NCBI GenBank assembly: GCA_964655015.1
Contig: CAZZKR010000025.1
Span: 10,064-74,063 of the forward strand
Length of the DNA stretch: 64,000 nucleotides
Direction: 5' to 3'
Source of the DNA: an uncultured Nitrososphaeria archaeon
Lineage (GTDB): Archaea; Thermoproteota; Nitrososphaeria_A; Caldarchaeales; Wolframiiraptoraceae
Program-made: the position numbers and the translations under genes
Shown: positions 9,557 to 19,215 of the stretch, in pieces
How the letters are laid out: each line of letters starts with the position of its first letter
Numbering within the stretch: the first letter of the stretch is position 1
Notes under the pieces: model-generated
The model's input: the letters and a program-made list of their open reading frames with translations, nothing else
Told to the model about the DNA's origin: nothing
Database searches by the model: none

Positions 9557-9719
9557 TATGTTGCGAAAGTACATGAGTGGTGTTTGTCGTAACAGTTAGG
9601 CGTTGATTTCCGACTTCTGCTGATGATTAGGTGCTTTTATGCTTGGGTAAGTTTCATTGCTATAAAATCTCCCCGATCTAACACCCAAGATTATTAATCA
9701 GAACAACAAACTGAAAGGT

Positions 9720-10307
9720 ATGGAAAGTTGCCGCGGAAGAAGGCTAGTAATATGCATTAGCGGTCTTGCAGCTACAGGGAAGAGTACAGTCGCCAGAAAA
9801 CTTGCTAAAGCTTTGAACATTAGATATGTTTCTGGCGGTCAAGCATTAAAACAGCTGGCCATCGAGAGGGGCTATAAGCCAGGAGGTGAAGACTGGTGGG
9901 AAAAGCCAGAGGGTCTTAAGTTTCTTGAAGAAAGGTCGTCAAACCCTGAGTTTGATAAACTCGTTGACGCAAAATTGCTTGAATTAGCATCTGAGGGTGA
10001 TGTTGTGATTGATAGCTGGGTCATGCCTTGGTTGCTGAAAGATGGTTACAAGATATGGCTCAAGGCTAGCGAAGATGAAAGGGCTATGAGGCTTTCGAAG
10101 AGAAGCGGATTACCGGTAGATGTCGCAAAAGAGATATTAAGGAAGCGCGACTCAGAAAGTAAGGATATCTACAACAGATTATATGGAATTTCACTTGAAA
10201 GCGATTTGAGCCCATTCGATGTCGTTTTGGACACGACTGGGATGAACGAAGATGAAGTTTACAAGGTGTTGCTTGCTTTGATTAAGCACCATTATGGACT
10301 GGATTAA
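9720..10307 (+). CDS. cmk: Cytidylate kinase (archaeal type)
   Basis: 195 aa with a P-loop (GLAATGKST) and similarity to archaeal CMP kinase. Confidence 0.8.
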   Translation: MESCRGRRLVICISGLAATGKSTVARKLAKALNIRYVSGGQALKQLAIERGYKPGGEDWWEKPEGLKFLEERSSNPEFDKLVDAKLLELASEGDVVIDSWVMPWLLKDGYKIWLKASEDERAMRLSKRSGLPVDVAKEILRKRDSESKDIYNRLYGISLESDLSPFDVVLDTTGMNEDEVYKVLLALIKHHYGLD

Positions 10308-10373
10308 ACCTTAACCTTTTCCTGACGGGATAATGTGGCAAGAATAAACTATCGAAGGACACTTTTATTCGAT

Positions 10374-13300
10374 TTAACTTTCAATGAAGCTTTCCAATGA
10401 AACCTGTCTTATAGCTGAAGATGTTTCATCCCGAGCTGTAAACGTGCTTCGAACGTTTTCTATTACTATGACAATCCTCTCCTTGAGGTATGGGGTACGT
10501 ATGTATTTAGATAACGTGTACTCTAACAAATCAACGTATTTCTCGATAGCACCGCGGAAAACCGTTTGTATTAAATTAGAGCCGCATTTATTACATTGAG
10601 CATTTAATGGAAGCCGCCTGAACTTGGTATTGCATTTTTTACATCTGAAACTTTGAATGAAAAATGCTTTCATGTTACCAGCAACGTCCGGAAGTATGTG
10701 CGATGATATGATATTCTCGACAACTTTTTCTATATTAACAGAGGATAGTTTTTCTGTTAACCTAATTTGGTCCACAACTTTTTCAAACATCGACCTACTC
10801 TGTTTATAAGCGGAAACCACGTTGGCGATGATGTTATGTGTTCGATGCGTAAATCCAAATCCACCGTACTGTTCAGTTGATCCAAGCTTCAACTTTATGG
10901 TCGCGATTAAGTTTGATAACTTAGCGGACGGTTCCCTCTTTTCTGCCAACTTATACAACTCTAATGGGTATACGTAGGCGACGTCTAAGTTATGCGCCTG
11001 TTCGTCAACCTCATCCGGATAAACTATCGGGGTTATCAGTAAAGGAGCATCCATCTTTCCGCCGATTCTATCGGGCAGGTATAGCCTAGAGAAGTTGATG
11101 AAAACGTCGAGTGGAAGCATTAGGCTATCCTCATCGCCATCACAATCGCGCCTTTTGGATGCATGAAAGAGTGGATGTGCAAAACATACATCACAATCCG
11201 TGAAACCAATAATCCTTCCTATCGTCGCCACGTAGGTGTGCGGGGAAAGCGATGCGACTAGCCTGCCAATCAGATCCTCGGGTTTATTGCACATATAATA
11301 AGGCTGCATACCAGCGAGCTTTTCCAGAAGTTCATCTATAAACCTGGAGACTTTAATGAGATGTTCAGCAGCCTTTCTGGGTATTATTAAATCTTGGGGC
11401 TTCAGCTCACATATCTGGTCAGCACTTACCAATGGTTCCCCTTTGATATCGTGCGTGTAGCCCAAACTTCTTAAAACGCTAACATCCGTTGAAATTTGAC
11501 GCGGCGTAAAATGAGTAAGTGGTGCATTCGTCACATCGAACCTAATAGTCCCATCTTTGTAAACGGAGAGACCGTATTTAGCCCTAAGAATACCTTTCGC
11601 AACATCTTCCGGGATTTTAATTCTACTTGTAAGTGCTCGAACTCCTTTAATCTTTGCAGGCATTTCGATAGATAATCGCTGACATTCTTGCAAAAATTCT
11701 GTCCTAACGTCCAGAGAAAACTTCTCTGTGTATGAAATCTTTCCTCCGCATTTTTCACAGTTTTTAATTTCGATATTATAATTTTTTTGCGAACATTTTG
11801 TGCATATGCCTAATGGTTTTCTTTTTGTACCGCAATTTTCGCAAACTACTTTCCAACCTATGGAACCGCATTTTGGACACTCTAGCCGGGCGGTTTCCAC
11901 GAATACCTTCTCTCCAGATTTGACGATGTTTGCTATATCTCTCGAAGCACCCCCTTTAAGACCTATCGGGAATAGTATGTGCACAGGCGGTTCCATCATC
12001 CTCATACCTGCCTTCTCCGGCCTGCCCATCCTTGCACCTAGAAACGTTCCGCTCTTTCTTCTCAGGTTTATGCCCGAAATTACGGATATTGCCTCTAGAG
12101 TATCGTTGATGGTATTCGGTATTTTCCTTGGTTGTGCCAGAAGTGCTAAGAGCACTCTGTAAGTTGATATATCAAGAACCATGTGTGTCCCATCAACTCT
12201 ATATTCGAGTAAGATCTTGATCAATATATCACGTATCGTTTCCGTGAATGGTAACCAAACCTTTCCGTTGTGGATTTTGCATTGCGTCTTAGATTTCTCT
12301 AACCAATCTCTTAACATCACCAACTCTTTTATGCTGATATTCTCCCAAAAACAACAGTAAGACGGATGAAGCGGAACTTTGAGCTTGAAGCTTAGCCTTA
12401 AAGCCTCCCTATCCGTTGGTTTGAAGATAAGAGGATCTTCTACCAAAAGTTTAAGGCGTCCAGGATTCATATCCAACATTCTTGCGACTTTTTCAATTCC
12501 ACCAGCCATTGTTATTTCCTTCTTTAACTCCAGTGCCCACCACTCTTCACAATAGCCGACCGGTCTAAGCTCAACGTTGTTCTCTATACAATCTCCGAAC
12601 GATATCAGGATGTCGCCGAGAAAAAGAATCTTTACGATTTTGTTTTTTACCTCCGCATAAGTTAGATCGTTATCAACCTTTACGACAGACCCATCATCAA
12701 GCAATACTCTCGGTGGCTCTATCGTGTCAACTGGCATGGCAACGCCGCCTTTTCCAGGATAATCAAGCTTTAATTGTGTGCCTGTTGCTATGTACCCCTC
12801 AAGTACTTTCATGGTCATAGGGTGCACACCGACGGCCGCCATGCCGGTGTTGTATGAACGGCCATACCTTAACCTAAATCCACCAAAAACATCCGGCAAG
12901 GAAAAAACTGGTCTACCCCCTATGACTTCGTTCAGATAACTTTCTTCAGCCGAACTCGCCGAGTGAATTTTGCTGAACTCCTCAGCAACCTCCTGTAACC
13001 ATTCCCATCCAGACAAACCGAGCATCTCGACGAGCTTAAGCGCCTTCCTCGCCCTTCCGATTATCCCGTCATTTACAACCCTAAGGGCGCCACCCCTTAA
13101 GTAGTTCGTCTCAACCCTAGGTAGATTCCTATAGGATGGTGCTAGAATATTGTCCGTAGGAATACCTGTAATCTCTATTGGTATGTTTCTTAACGCTTTT
13201 TCTACCAAGTGATCCGGAACATTATACTGAAACCTGCTGACCATGCGCACATAGGTCCTAAGCTCTTCTTTGAATCGCTTAATCTCCTCCTCAGTGGGCT

Positions 13301-13820
13301 TATACCTGTCTAGGTTTAACAATCTTCTGATATAATCCGCCAGTATGACGGTCGCTGTAAGCTCGGTTCCACCAGCCGCCCTTATAGGACCCGCAAAATA
13401 AACTGCTAAGTAGCTTGAACCATCTGGGTTCTTTTTGATCTTCACATCCGCAATCCCCTCGCTCGGTGCAGCGGTTATACAGGGCGGCGTCATGACAGCG
13501 AGTGCGGTACAGAGTGCCTGCTTGATAGCGACCTCTTCTTTTAGTTTTCCTATCGAACTATATATGATATCTTCTGCCAACTTAAACGCTAGACGCTCCC
13601 TTGAAAGCTTGTTTTTTAGAAACCTTATCTTCTCGGCGATACCTTGTGGACCGACAAGTAACTCGACCCTCTCAGCCATATCTTCTGCGATTATTGTCTC
13701 GACTTTATCGACAACTGTGCCTAACTTTTTCCTTACCTCAGATGCTATCCTATATTCTTCCTTGACCTTTTCCACTATCTGAGCATAATATTCAGCGAAC
13801 TCAGGCGGTATTCTGTACAA
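10374..13820 (-). CDS. polC: DNA polymerase II (PolD) large subunit DP2
   Basis: 1148 aa with a catalytic DCDGDED motif and Zn-binding Cys clusters (CPKCGS…CENCG; CKKCNTKF…CNKCGS). Size and architecture match DP2. DP1 is not adjacent. Confidence 0.75.
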   Translation of the reverse strand: MYRIPPEFAEYYAQIVEKVKEEYRIASEVRKKLGTVVDKVETIIAEDMAERVELLVGPQGIAEKIRFLKNKLSRERLAFKLAEDIIYSSIGKLKEEVAIKQALCTALAVMTPPCITAAPSEGIADVKIKKNPDGSSYLAVYFAGPIRAAGGTELTATVILADYIRRLLNLDRYKPTEEEIKRFKEELRTYVRMVSRFQYNVPDHLVEKALRNIPIEITGIPTDNILAPSYRNLPRVETNYLRGGALRVVNDGIIGRARKALKLVEMLGLSGWEWLQEVAEEFSKIHSASSAEESYLNEVIGGRPVFSLPDVFGGFRLRYGRSYNTGMAAVGVHPMTMKVLEGYIATGTQLKLDYPGKGGVAMPVDTIEPPRVLLDDGSVVKVDNDLTYAEVKNKIVKILFLGDILISFGDCIENNVELRPVGYCEEWWALELKKEITMAGGIEKVARMLDMNPGRLKLLVEDPLIFKPTDREALRLSFKLKVPLHPSYCCFWENISIKELVMLRDWLEKSKTQCKIHNGKVWLPFTETIRDILIKILLEYRVDGTHMVLDISTYRVLLALLAQPRKIPNTINDTLEAISVISGINLRRKSGTFLGARMGRPEKAGMRMMEPPVHILFPIGLKGGASRDIANIVKSGEKVFVETARLECPKCGSIGWKVVCENCGTKRKPLGICTKCSQKNYNIEIKNCEKCGGKISYTEKFSLDVRTEFLQECQRLSIEMPAKIKGVRALTSRIKIPEDVAKGILRAKYGLSVYKDGTIRFDVTNAPLTHFTPRQISTDVSVLRSLGYTHDIKGEPLVSADQICELKPQDLIIPRKAAEHLIKVSRFIDELLEKLAGMQPYYMCNKPEDLIGRLVASLSPHTYVATIGRIIGFTDCDVCFAHPLFHASKRRDCDGDEDSLMLPLDVFINFSRLYLPDRIGGKMDAPLLITPIVYPDEVDEQAHNLDVAYVYPLELYKLAEKREPSAKLSNLIATIKLKLGSTEQYGGFGFTHRTHNIIANVVSAYKQSRSMFEKVVDQIRLTEKLSSVNIEKVVENIISSHILPDVAGNMKAFFIQSFRCKKCNTKFRRLPLNAQCNKCGSNLIQTVFRGAIEKYVDLLEYTLSKYIRTPYLKERIVIVIENVRSTFTARDETSSAIRQVSLESFIES

Positions 13821-13882
13821 GTCAGGAACTTCTCTAGCTACAGCTAATTATATCTATTCAAAGGACATCAATGCTTATCATG

Positions 13883-14725
13883 TCACGGAATTGGGGGTAG
13901 TGTCTTTTTTGGCCATGGTCTCGAGGCAGCCCCCTCTTTTGCGGCTTGTATGATCTTCGACAGCAATTCAGCATTCTTGCTTTTTTCAACTACGTTTCCT
14001 GTGACTATTACATCAGCACCCGCCTTAGCCACTATATGTGAATGCTCAGGAGAAGTGATGCCGCCACCGACTACGATCGTTATATCGACAACATCCCTGA
14101 CTGCTCTTATAGTCTCAGGTGGTATGTGATTTTGTGCACCAGAGCCCGCCTCAAGGTAAACAAACCTCATCCCAAGGTATTGAGCAGCTAGAGCGTATCC
14201 GGCAGCAACTTCTCCTTTGTTAAGTGGAAGTGGAAGTACTCTCCCTATGGCGGAGACCGCTGTATCTGAACCGAAAACCAGATAGCCCATGGGTATGGCC
14301 TCAAGGGCGTACTTCTTAACCAAGAACGATCCTTGCATCTGCGCACCAATAATGTAGTACCAATCAGTCGAATTCAATAATGACATGAACCATATGGCAT
14401 CAGCATACTTGCTGATTGCATTGACGTTATTGGGAAAAAGTATTACGGGTATGGAGACGTTTTCTTTTATCATTCTAACGCATTCGTCTAGAGCTGTTTG
14501 TGATTGGAATATAGAGCCACCAACCATTATGGCACCGGTACCTTGTTCCTCGCACATCTTTGCACATTTGGCTATGTCTTGCGGAGAAAAGTTTTCTGGA
14601 TCAAGTAACGTCATATGTATACAACCATTCTTTCCTATCTCGTCAAGTATGTAGCGCTCAACTCTGCCCAGTTTTAACATTTTCGACACCTTTAGTAACG
14701 AGATCGTACCATGCCGCATACGCAT
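13883..14725 (-). CDS. Geranylgeranylglyceryl phosphate synthase (GGGPS, long form)
   Basis: 280 aa, PcrB/GGGPS TIM-barrel family (…GAIMVGGS…VVGGGITSPEH…). The true start may be the internal Met (MLKLGRVE). Confidence 0.75.
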   Translation of the reverse strand: MRMRHGTISLLKVSKMLKLGRVERYILDEIGKNGCIHMTLLDPENFSPQDIAKCAKMCEEQGTGAIMVGGSIFQSQTALDECVRMIKENVSIPVILFPNNVNAISKYADAIWFMSLLNSTDWYYIIGAQMQGSFLVKKYALEAIPMGYLVFGSDTAVSAIGRVLPLPLNKGEVAAGYALAAQYLGMRFVYLEAGSGAQNHIPPETIRAVRDVVDITIVVGGGITSPEHSHIVAKAGADVIVTGNVVEKSKNAELLSKIIQAAKEGAASRPWPKKTLPPIP

Positions 14726-14915
14726 CTACAGGAGTATAGGATGGGTACCAAGGTACTTCTCTCGATACTTTGCAGAATCCACAAGTAACTCTAGCAACAT
14801 CTGAACCTTTCTCATGCACCACTGATACGGCTTCATGATTGCACAATGGACAGATGAAGATTGACGGTGGCGGCTTAACGGTCTTTCGTATTATCTTCCT
14901 CCTTTTCCTTCCCAA
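14658..14915 (-). CDS. elf1: Transcription elongation factor Elf1-like zinc-finger protein
   Basis: 85 aa with a basic N-terminus (MGRKRRK) and a CPLCNHE…C..C zinc finger typical of Elf1. Overlaps the GGGPS start. Confidence 0.7.
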   Translation of the reverse strand: MGRKRRKIIRKTVKPPPSIFICPLCNHEAVSVVHEKGSDVARVTCGFCKVSREVPWYPSYTPVDAYAAWYDLVTKGVENVKTGQS

Positions 14916-15062
14916 CTTCCATCCATAATGTTCGACACCATTTTTCTATAAAAACTCTTATTTCCAATTGGCACGGGCAGACCTAATAACTTTGACTCAG
15001 TGTCTTACCCTAAATAAATGTTGATCAAAGACTAAATATGTGTCAATAGATGTTTTTATGAA

Positions 15063-15719
15063 TTGAAAAAGGTGAGGAAGTCTAGAAAACACAGGATAAC
15101 TATCGGTCTTCTTATATCCGACTTTAGAACAGCCCACAATATAATATCTGAGGCTAAGAGGAGAGGCATAGAGGTGTTGTCTGTAAGTAGCCTCGCTGAG
15201 TTGCCCCTTACCGCAAAGGTGATTATAACCAGTAAAAAGGAAGATCCCAAGCTCCCCATCCCCGCTCTTTTTGTGGAGGAGTTACCTTCCTGCAAGGCCC
15301 TCCTAGATAGGGCATACGAAATAGCCTTTGGGAAAGATTGTCCAAAATTCGTGACGGTCTCTATAGATCCTGGTGAGAAAAGAACTGGTTGTGCCTTCTT
15401 TGCTGAAGACATGCTGCTCAGAACCTCGACTTATTCTGACAGAGATCGCCTCTTTGAGGATATTGAGGAGTTCTTTAATGCACATAAAAGTTGTAAGAAG
15501 TATATAATAATCGGAAAAGGAGCGGGTGACCTCTCCCATGCCCTAGAAAAGGACCTCTGTGATAGGTTTCTGGGGGCTGGACAGGTTGAGGTAATGACAG
15601 TATCAGAAAATAGCTCGAATCGAAAGAATGTTTTTATTCCTGCACATCCATCTGATGAAAGCGCGGCTCTCATGCTCTTCATCAAAGTTAGAGGAAAGCT
15701 AGTGCTGTCCGGGAGGTGA
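15063..15719 (+). CDS. Hypothetical protein with a possible RNase H-like (YqgF/RuvC-like) motif
   Basis: 218 aa. The segment VSIDPGEKRTGCAFF resembles the first catalytic strand of the YqgF/RuvC fold. TTG/GTG start. Located immediately upstream of clp1. Confidence 0.35.
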   Translation: MKKVRKSRKHRITIGLLISDFRTAHNIISEAKRRGIEVLSVSSLAELPLTAKVIITSKKEDPKLPIPALFVEELPSCKALLDRAYEIAFGKDCPKFVTVSIDPGEKRTGCAFFAEDMLLRTSTYSDRDRLFEDIEEFFNAHKSCKKYIIIGKGAGDLSHALEKDLCDRFLGAGQVEVMTVSENSSNRKNVFIPAHPSDESAALMLFIKVRGKLVLSGR

Positions 15720-15726
15720 AGGTTTT

Positions 15727-16908
15727 ATGAACATAGGAGCCGGCAAGACTTTGGTCATTAAAGGTCCTGCATCTGTAAAGTTACTATCAGGCTCTGGAAA
15801 AGTCTTCGGGTATACATTAACTCAGAAAAAGCCGCTCTTCGTAAGAGATTCAAGAGCGCTACCGATATTCACGGATGTAGGTATGGAGGTTGAGCTAAAC
15901 CTAGGAGAAGGTTCGTCCTTCGAGATCGTAGACCGAGACACTGTACCAGACGATTGGAAGACTCTGGTATCTCAAACTATTAAGAACCATAAGAAGATTG
16001 TGGTGATGGGAGGGACAGATTCAGGGAAAACATCGTTGACCACTTTTATCATAAACTCTTTATTGGGCGAAGGTAAAAGGACATGCTTAGTAGACTTAGA
16101 CTTAGGTCAATCAAATATATGTCCCCCCACTACTGTGGGGTCTGTTCTAACGACAAAACAAGTCCCAGACGTTTACCAACTTAAGGCAGATTTTATCGTA
16201 CCTGTCGGCTTCACATCACCTTCATTTGCAAAGGAGTATCATCTCAAAAAAACTAGCGAACTCCTGAGTTACACAATCAATGAAGAAGTTTACGCAGTTA
16301 TCGATTGTGATGGTTGGATAGAAGGTAAGGATGCGACGGAACATAAGATTAACCTCCTTAACGTAATTAGGCCCTCGCTGGTGGTATTCCTTGAAAAATC
16401 ACAAGAAAAAGTTGAAAGTTACTGTAGGGATATCGGCATAGAGTGCGCCGTTGTAAGTAAGTCAGAATACGTGCACAAGCGAGATCATGAAGCACGCAAA
16501 AGGCTTAGAGAAAGTTCGTTCAGGAGGTACTTGAAAGACGGCTCAATAAAGACTATACCGCTTTCTTGGCTTAATCTTTCAACAATACCTGCTGAGGCGC
16601 ATAATGTAACAATTAATCCTTTACAATACGTAAAGTCGCTGATAGAAGCTTACAATGCGCAATCCGCAAATGTGCCGCCGCTGGACGTCGAATCGCTTTC
16701 AAAAAATAAGATGGGTGTCCTTTCATACATGTATGATGCTGATGGGCGGTGTTTAGGTATAGGGTTAGTAAGCGATATAGATAGTAAGCGAAATACTATT
16801 AAAATATACTCAAAGGTTGAAACAATTCCCAAGAAACTCGTTATAGGTTGCATGCTGTTATCTTATCATGGTGACGAACTATTTGTTTGGACAACGCAAC
16901 ATATTTAA
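15727..16908 (+). CDS. clp1: Polynucleotide 5'-kinase Clp1/Grc3 homologue
   Basis: 393 aa with a P-loop (GGTDSGKTSLTTF) in the central domain. N- and C-terminal domains are Clp1-like. Confidence 0.7.
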   Translation: MNIGAGKTLVIKGPASVKLLSGSGKVFGYTLTQKKPLFVRDSRALPIFTDVGMEVELNLGEGSSFEIVDRDTVPDDWKTLVSQTIKNHKKIVVMGGTDSGKTSLTTFIINSLLGEGKRTCLVDLDLGQSNICPPTTVGSVLTTKQVPDVYQLKADFIVPVGFTSPSFAKEYHLKKTSELLSYTINEEVYAVIDCDGWIEGKDATEHKINLLNVIRPSLVVFLEKSQEKVESYCRDIGIECAVVSKSEYVHKRDHEARKRLRESSFRRYLKDGSIKTIPLSWLNLSTIPAEAHNVTINPLQYVKSLIEAYNAQSANVPPLDVESLSKNKMGVLSYMYDADGRCLGIGLVSDIDSKRNTIKIYSKVETIPKKLVIGCMLLSYHGDELFVWTTQHI

Positions 16909-17471
16909 TCTAATTCTAAAAGCCTCGCTGCTTGTTTCGTTGCAAGCAGCCTAGCACTTTCTGGTGGTAAGGTGACGATATCATATTGTCTAAAAGGTCC
17001 ATAGTTCTTCATGTCTTCGCATACAATCTTTGGGAACGTTTGCATGAAACAAACTATTCTGTACTTTGCTAATCTCTCTTCAATTTTTGGAATTCTGAGC
17101 TCATACGCAATCGAGTTTATTCGTTTCCTATATTCATAAATTAACTTAGAAAGTTCTTCAACAAAACGTCTCTCCACACCTAAAAGGTTCTCGAGTTGCT
17201 CACCTTTAAGTAGGGCATGGATGATCTTTCTAAACCTTATTTCAAATAATGAGGATAATAATTTCTTGACAACGTCCAGCTCAGCATGTTTGACTAATGT
17301 TGATATTGCTTTTTTATCAGATACTTTCAGTTGTTGCCTTACCGAAGATGCGTAAGCATACAATTTGGTCTCAAAATCTTGCGGGATTAATGCGAGGTTT
17401 TCTTGCTCCCTCTCTTTAAGCCACACGTTCATAAGTTCGTCATAAAAACCTTCTACTGTTCCCTCCGACAT
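16905..17471 (-). CDS. gins51: GINS complex subunit Gins51-like
   Basis: 188 aa, helical A-domain plus a C-terminal B-domain (…YGPFRQYDIVTLPPESARLLATKQAARLL…). Co-oriented immediately downstream of priS, a common archaeal pairing. Confidence 0.55.
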   Translation of the reverse strand: MSEGTVEGFYDELMNVWLKEREQENLALIPQDFETKLYAYASSVRQQLKVSDKKAISTLVKHAELDVVKKLLSSLFEIRFRKIIHALLKGEQLENLLGVERRFVEELSKLIYEYRKRINSIAYELRIPKIEERLAKYRIVCFMQTFPKIVCEDMKNYGPFRQYDIVTLPPESARLLATKQAARLLELD

Positions 17472-17510
17472 CCCACTAATATTATGACATCCCGCTCTTA
17501 AACTGTTACC

Positions 17511-18674
17511 CTATTGTGTGAGGGTCGCGATACCTTTACAAAGTAACAGGACGGCCAAGCAAGTCGGTATCTTTACGCCCTCGTTTTTATAAGGTCCATA
17601 CCATTCCCCACATATGCGGATTTTTGGCATGTAGATTACGTGTACCCTACACGGCTCATCAGGCATTACGACGGTATCCACAAATGGGTTAAACTGCTCT
17701 AAAGCGTCAGGCTCAAGTCTTTTTGCCAGAAAGCCCGTCTTTCCGTTAAGAGTGTTAGCAAGTCTTAGAAGCCGATGAATGTCTGTCGTAACGATTGTGT
17801 CTATCAAACTTCTTTCTTCTTCCACGGCCAACGTTACGATTGCTTTTATGACATTGGGCTTTAGGGTCTCCCATTTAGGCGAGACCAGCCAAGACGTCAA
17901 CAACGAATCCTTAATCTGTAACAATTTATTATACTCCCTGTTCCCGATCAGCTTTCTCAGTCTCTCAGCGATGTGTGGCTTATTAAGGTCTTTAATAACC
18001 TCGAAGGTCCCCCTTGCCAACCTGCCCCTCCATGAACCATCTGTATACTCAAGCGTAGCTGAAGGATAGCGCCTTTTGCCTGTGGGTAATCCATAAAGGT
18101 TAGGGTCAAGACCGTTTCCGAGGATGTAGTCAGTAATCTCCTTTCTTGACACTTGATCCAATGTAAAAAGTTTCTCGTCATTTACTATTACATGGAAACC
18201 CCTGTTCCCTGAGAAATTCACCAAAATCTTCGAATAGGGTATACCGAAATCCATCTCAAGGAAGTCCAAAAGTTTGTAAACTTCCCCTTTTGCCGCCTCT
18301 ATACAGTTTTCGCAAACCCAGTCGGTACGCTTAACTTTCATGCTGCCACAATTATTACACTGCTCTGACTCAGGCGGTAGCGTGCTCTTACAATCTTCGC
18401 ATATCGAAAAATCATGCTTTTCTTTACATGGAAGGTTTAGATGGTCGGCATCTATGTCGAATATAAGCTCCGCACCCAACCACACCTTTTCTTCCATGGG
18501 GGCCTGAGGATATTGGTAATGGGCTGCTGAATGGTACATGTGTAAAGGTGTTACTTTTTTTATTAACTCAAATAGCTCGGATGAGTTTTTTAACGATATG
18601 TGTCTTATCATGATTTTTTGTCCAAAGGTGAAATAACCAAATTCTCTCCTCTCAATCATGTGAGGTACGTACAC
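17511..18674 (-). CDS. priS: DNA primase small (catalytic) subunit PriS
   Basis: 387 aa with the catalytic ELIFDIDADH motif and zinc knuckle cysteines (CEDCKS…CNNCGS…CENC). Confidence 0.85.
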   Translation of the reverse strand: MYVPHMIERREFGYFTFGQKIMIRHISLKNSSELFELIKKVTPLHMYHSAAHYQYPQAPMEEKVWLGAELIFDIDADHLNLPCKEKHDFSICEDCKSTLPPESEQCNNCGSMKVKRTDWVCENCIEAAKGEVYKLLDFLEMDFGIPYSKILVNFSGNRGFHVIVNDEKLFTLDQVSRKEITDYILGNGLDPNLYGLPTGKRRYPSATLEYTDGSWRGRLARGTFEVIKDLNKPHIAERLRKLIGNREYNKLLQIKDSLLTSWLVSPKWETLKPNVIKAIVTLAVEEERSLIDTIVTTDIHRLLRLANTLNGKTGFLAKRLEPDALEQFNPFVDTVVMPDEPCRVHVIYMPKIRICGEWYGPYKNEGVKIPTCLAVLLLCKGIATLTQ

Positions 18675-18915
18675 ATTCTCTGCATTTTTTGTATAATATT
18701 CGCTAAACAGCGTCTGGACATATTCCGCGTCCTTGTTCGTTAGGAAACTCAGGCTTTCTCACCACGAGTCTTTACTGTATATGTTAACACTAAGAATAAC
18801 ACGAACAAAATTAGCCAGTAGATGTTTAGCCTCACTTGGTCGAGGAATACTTCCAGCGACATGGTGTTCTCATAAAAGGTTATCCTAACGTAAAAGCTTT
18901 TTCCAAAATAATGTG

Positions 18916-19215
18916 CTATTGAGCGACTTGTACTTCCTGTGTAGTCCATAAATCGTACGCAAAGTTCATTAGAGCGCCCCTTACGCAAGAGGCACAAACA
19001 TTGCCTCCATAAATCCTTGAAACGGTCCTCTCACTTTTTGATGTCTTTGAAGGACTTTCGACCCGAATGCCGTGCAAAGGCTTGCCGCATATGCCGCAAC
19101 GAGGTGCCCCGGGCCTTTCATCAAAGTAGTGGATAACAACTCTCCCGCCAGGTGTTCTAACTTTCTTTCTTTTCCTACTTCTTGTCCTGAGCGCTCTTCT
19201 CGGCAAGACCACCAC
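18916..19215 (-). CDS. rpl34e: 50S ribosomal protein L34e
   Basis: 99 aa; RSRKRKKVRTPGGRVVIHY and CGICGKPL match L34e. Confidence 0.8.
   Translation of the reverse strand: MVVLPRRALRTRSRKRKKVRTPGGRVVIHYFDERPGAPRCGICGKPLHGIRVESPSKTSKSERTVSRIYGGNVCASCVRGALMNFAYDLWTTQEVQVAQ

Noticed and set aside
9620-9715. Possible C/D box sRNA (CUGAUGA at about 9627 and CUGA at about 9709) in the mobB-cmk spacer
   Set aside because: The C-like and D-like boxes are about 85 nt apart. There is no convincing C'/D' pair or terminal stem, and the first box has a pyrimidine at the R position. It is more likely a chance match.
11531-13782. Internal ORFs (11531..11758 minus, 11800..12162 plus, 13435..13782 plus) within polD DP2
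   Set aside because: They are out-of-frame or antisense within a well-supported 1148-aa gene and have no conserved motifs.
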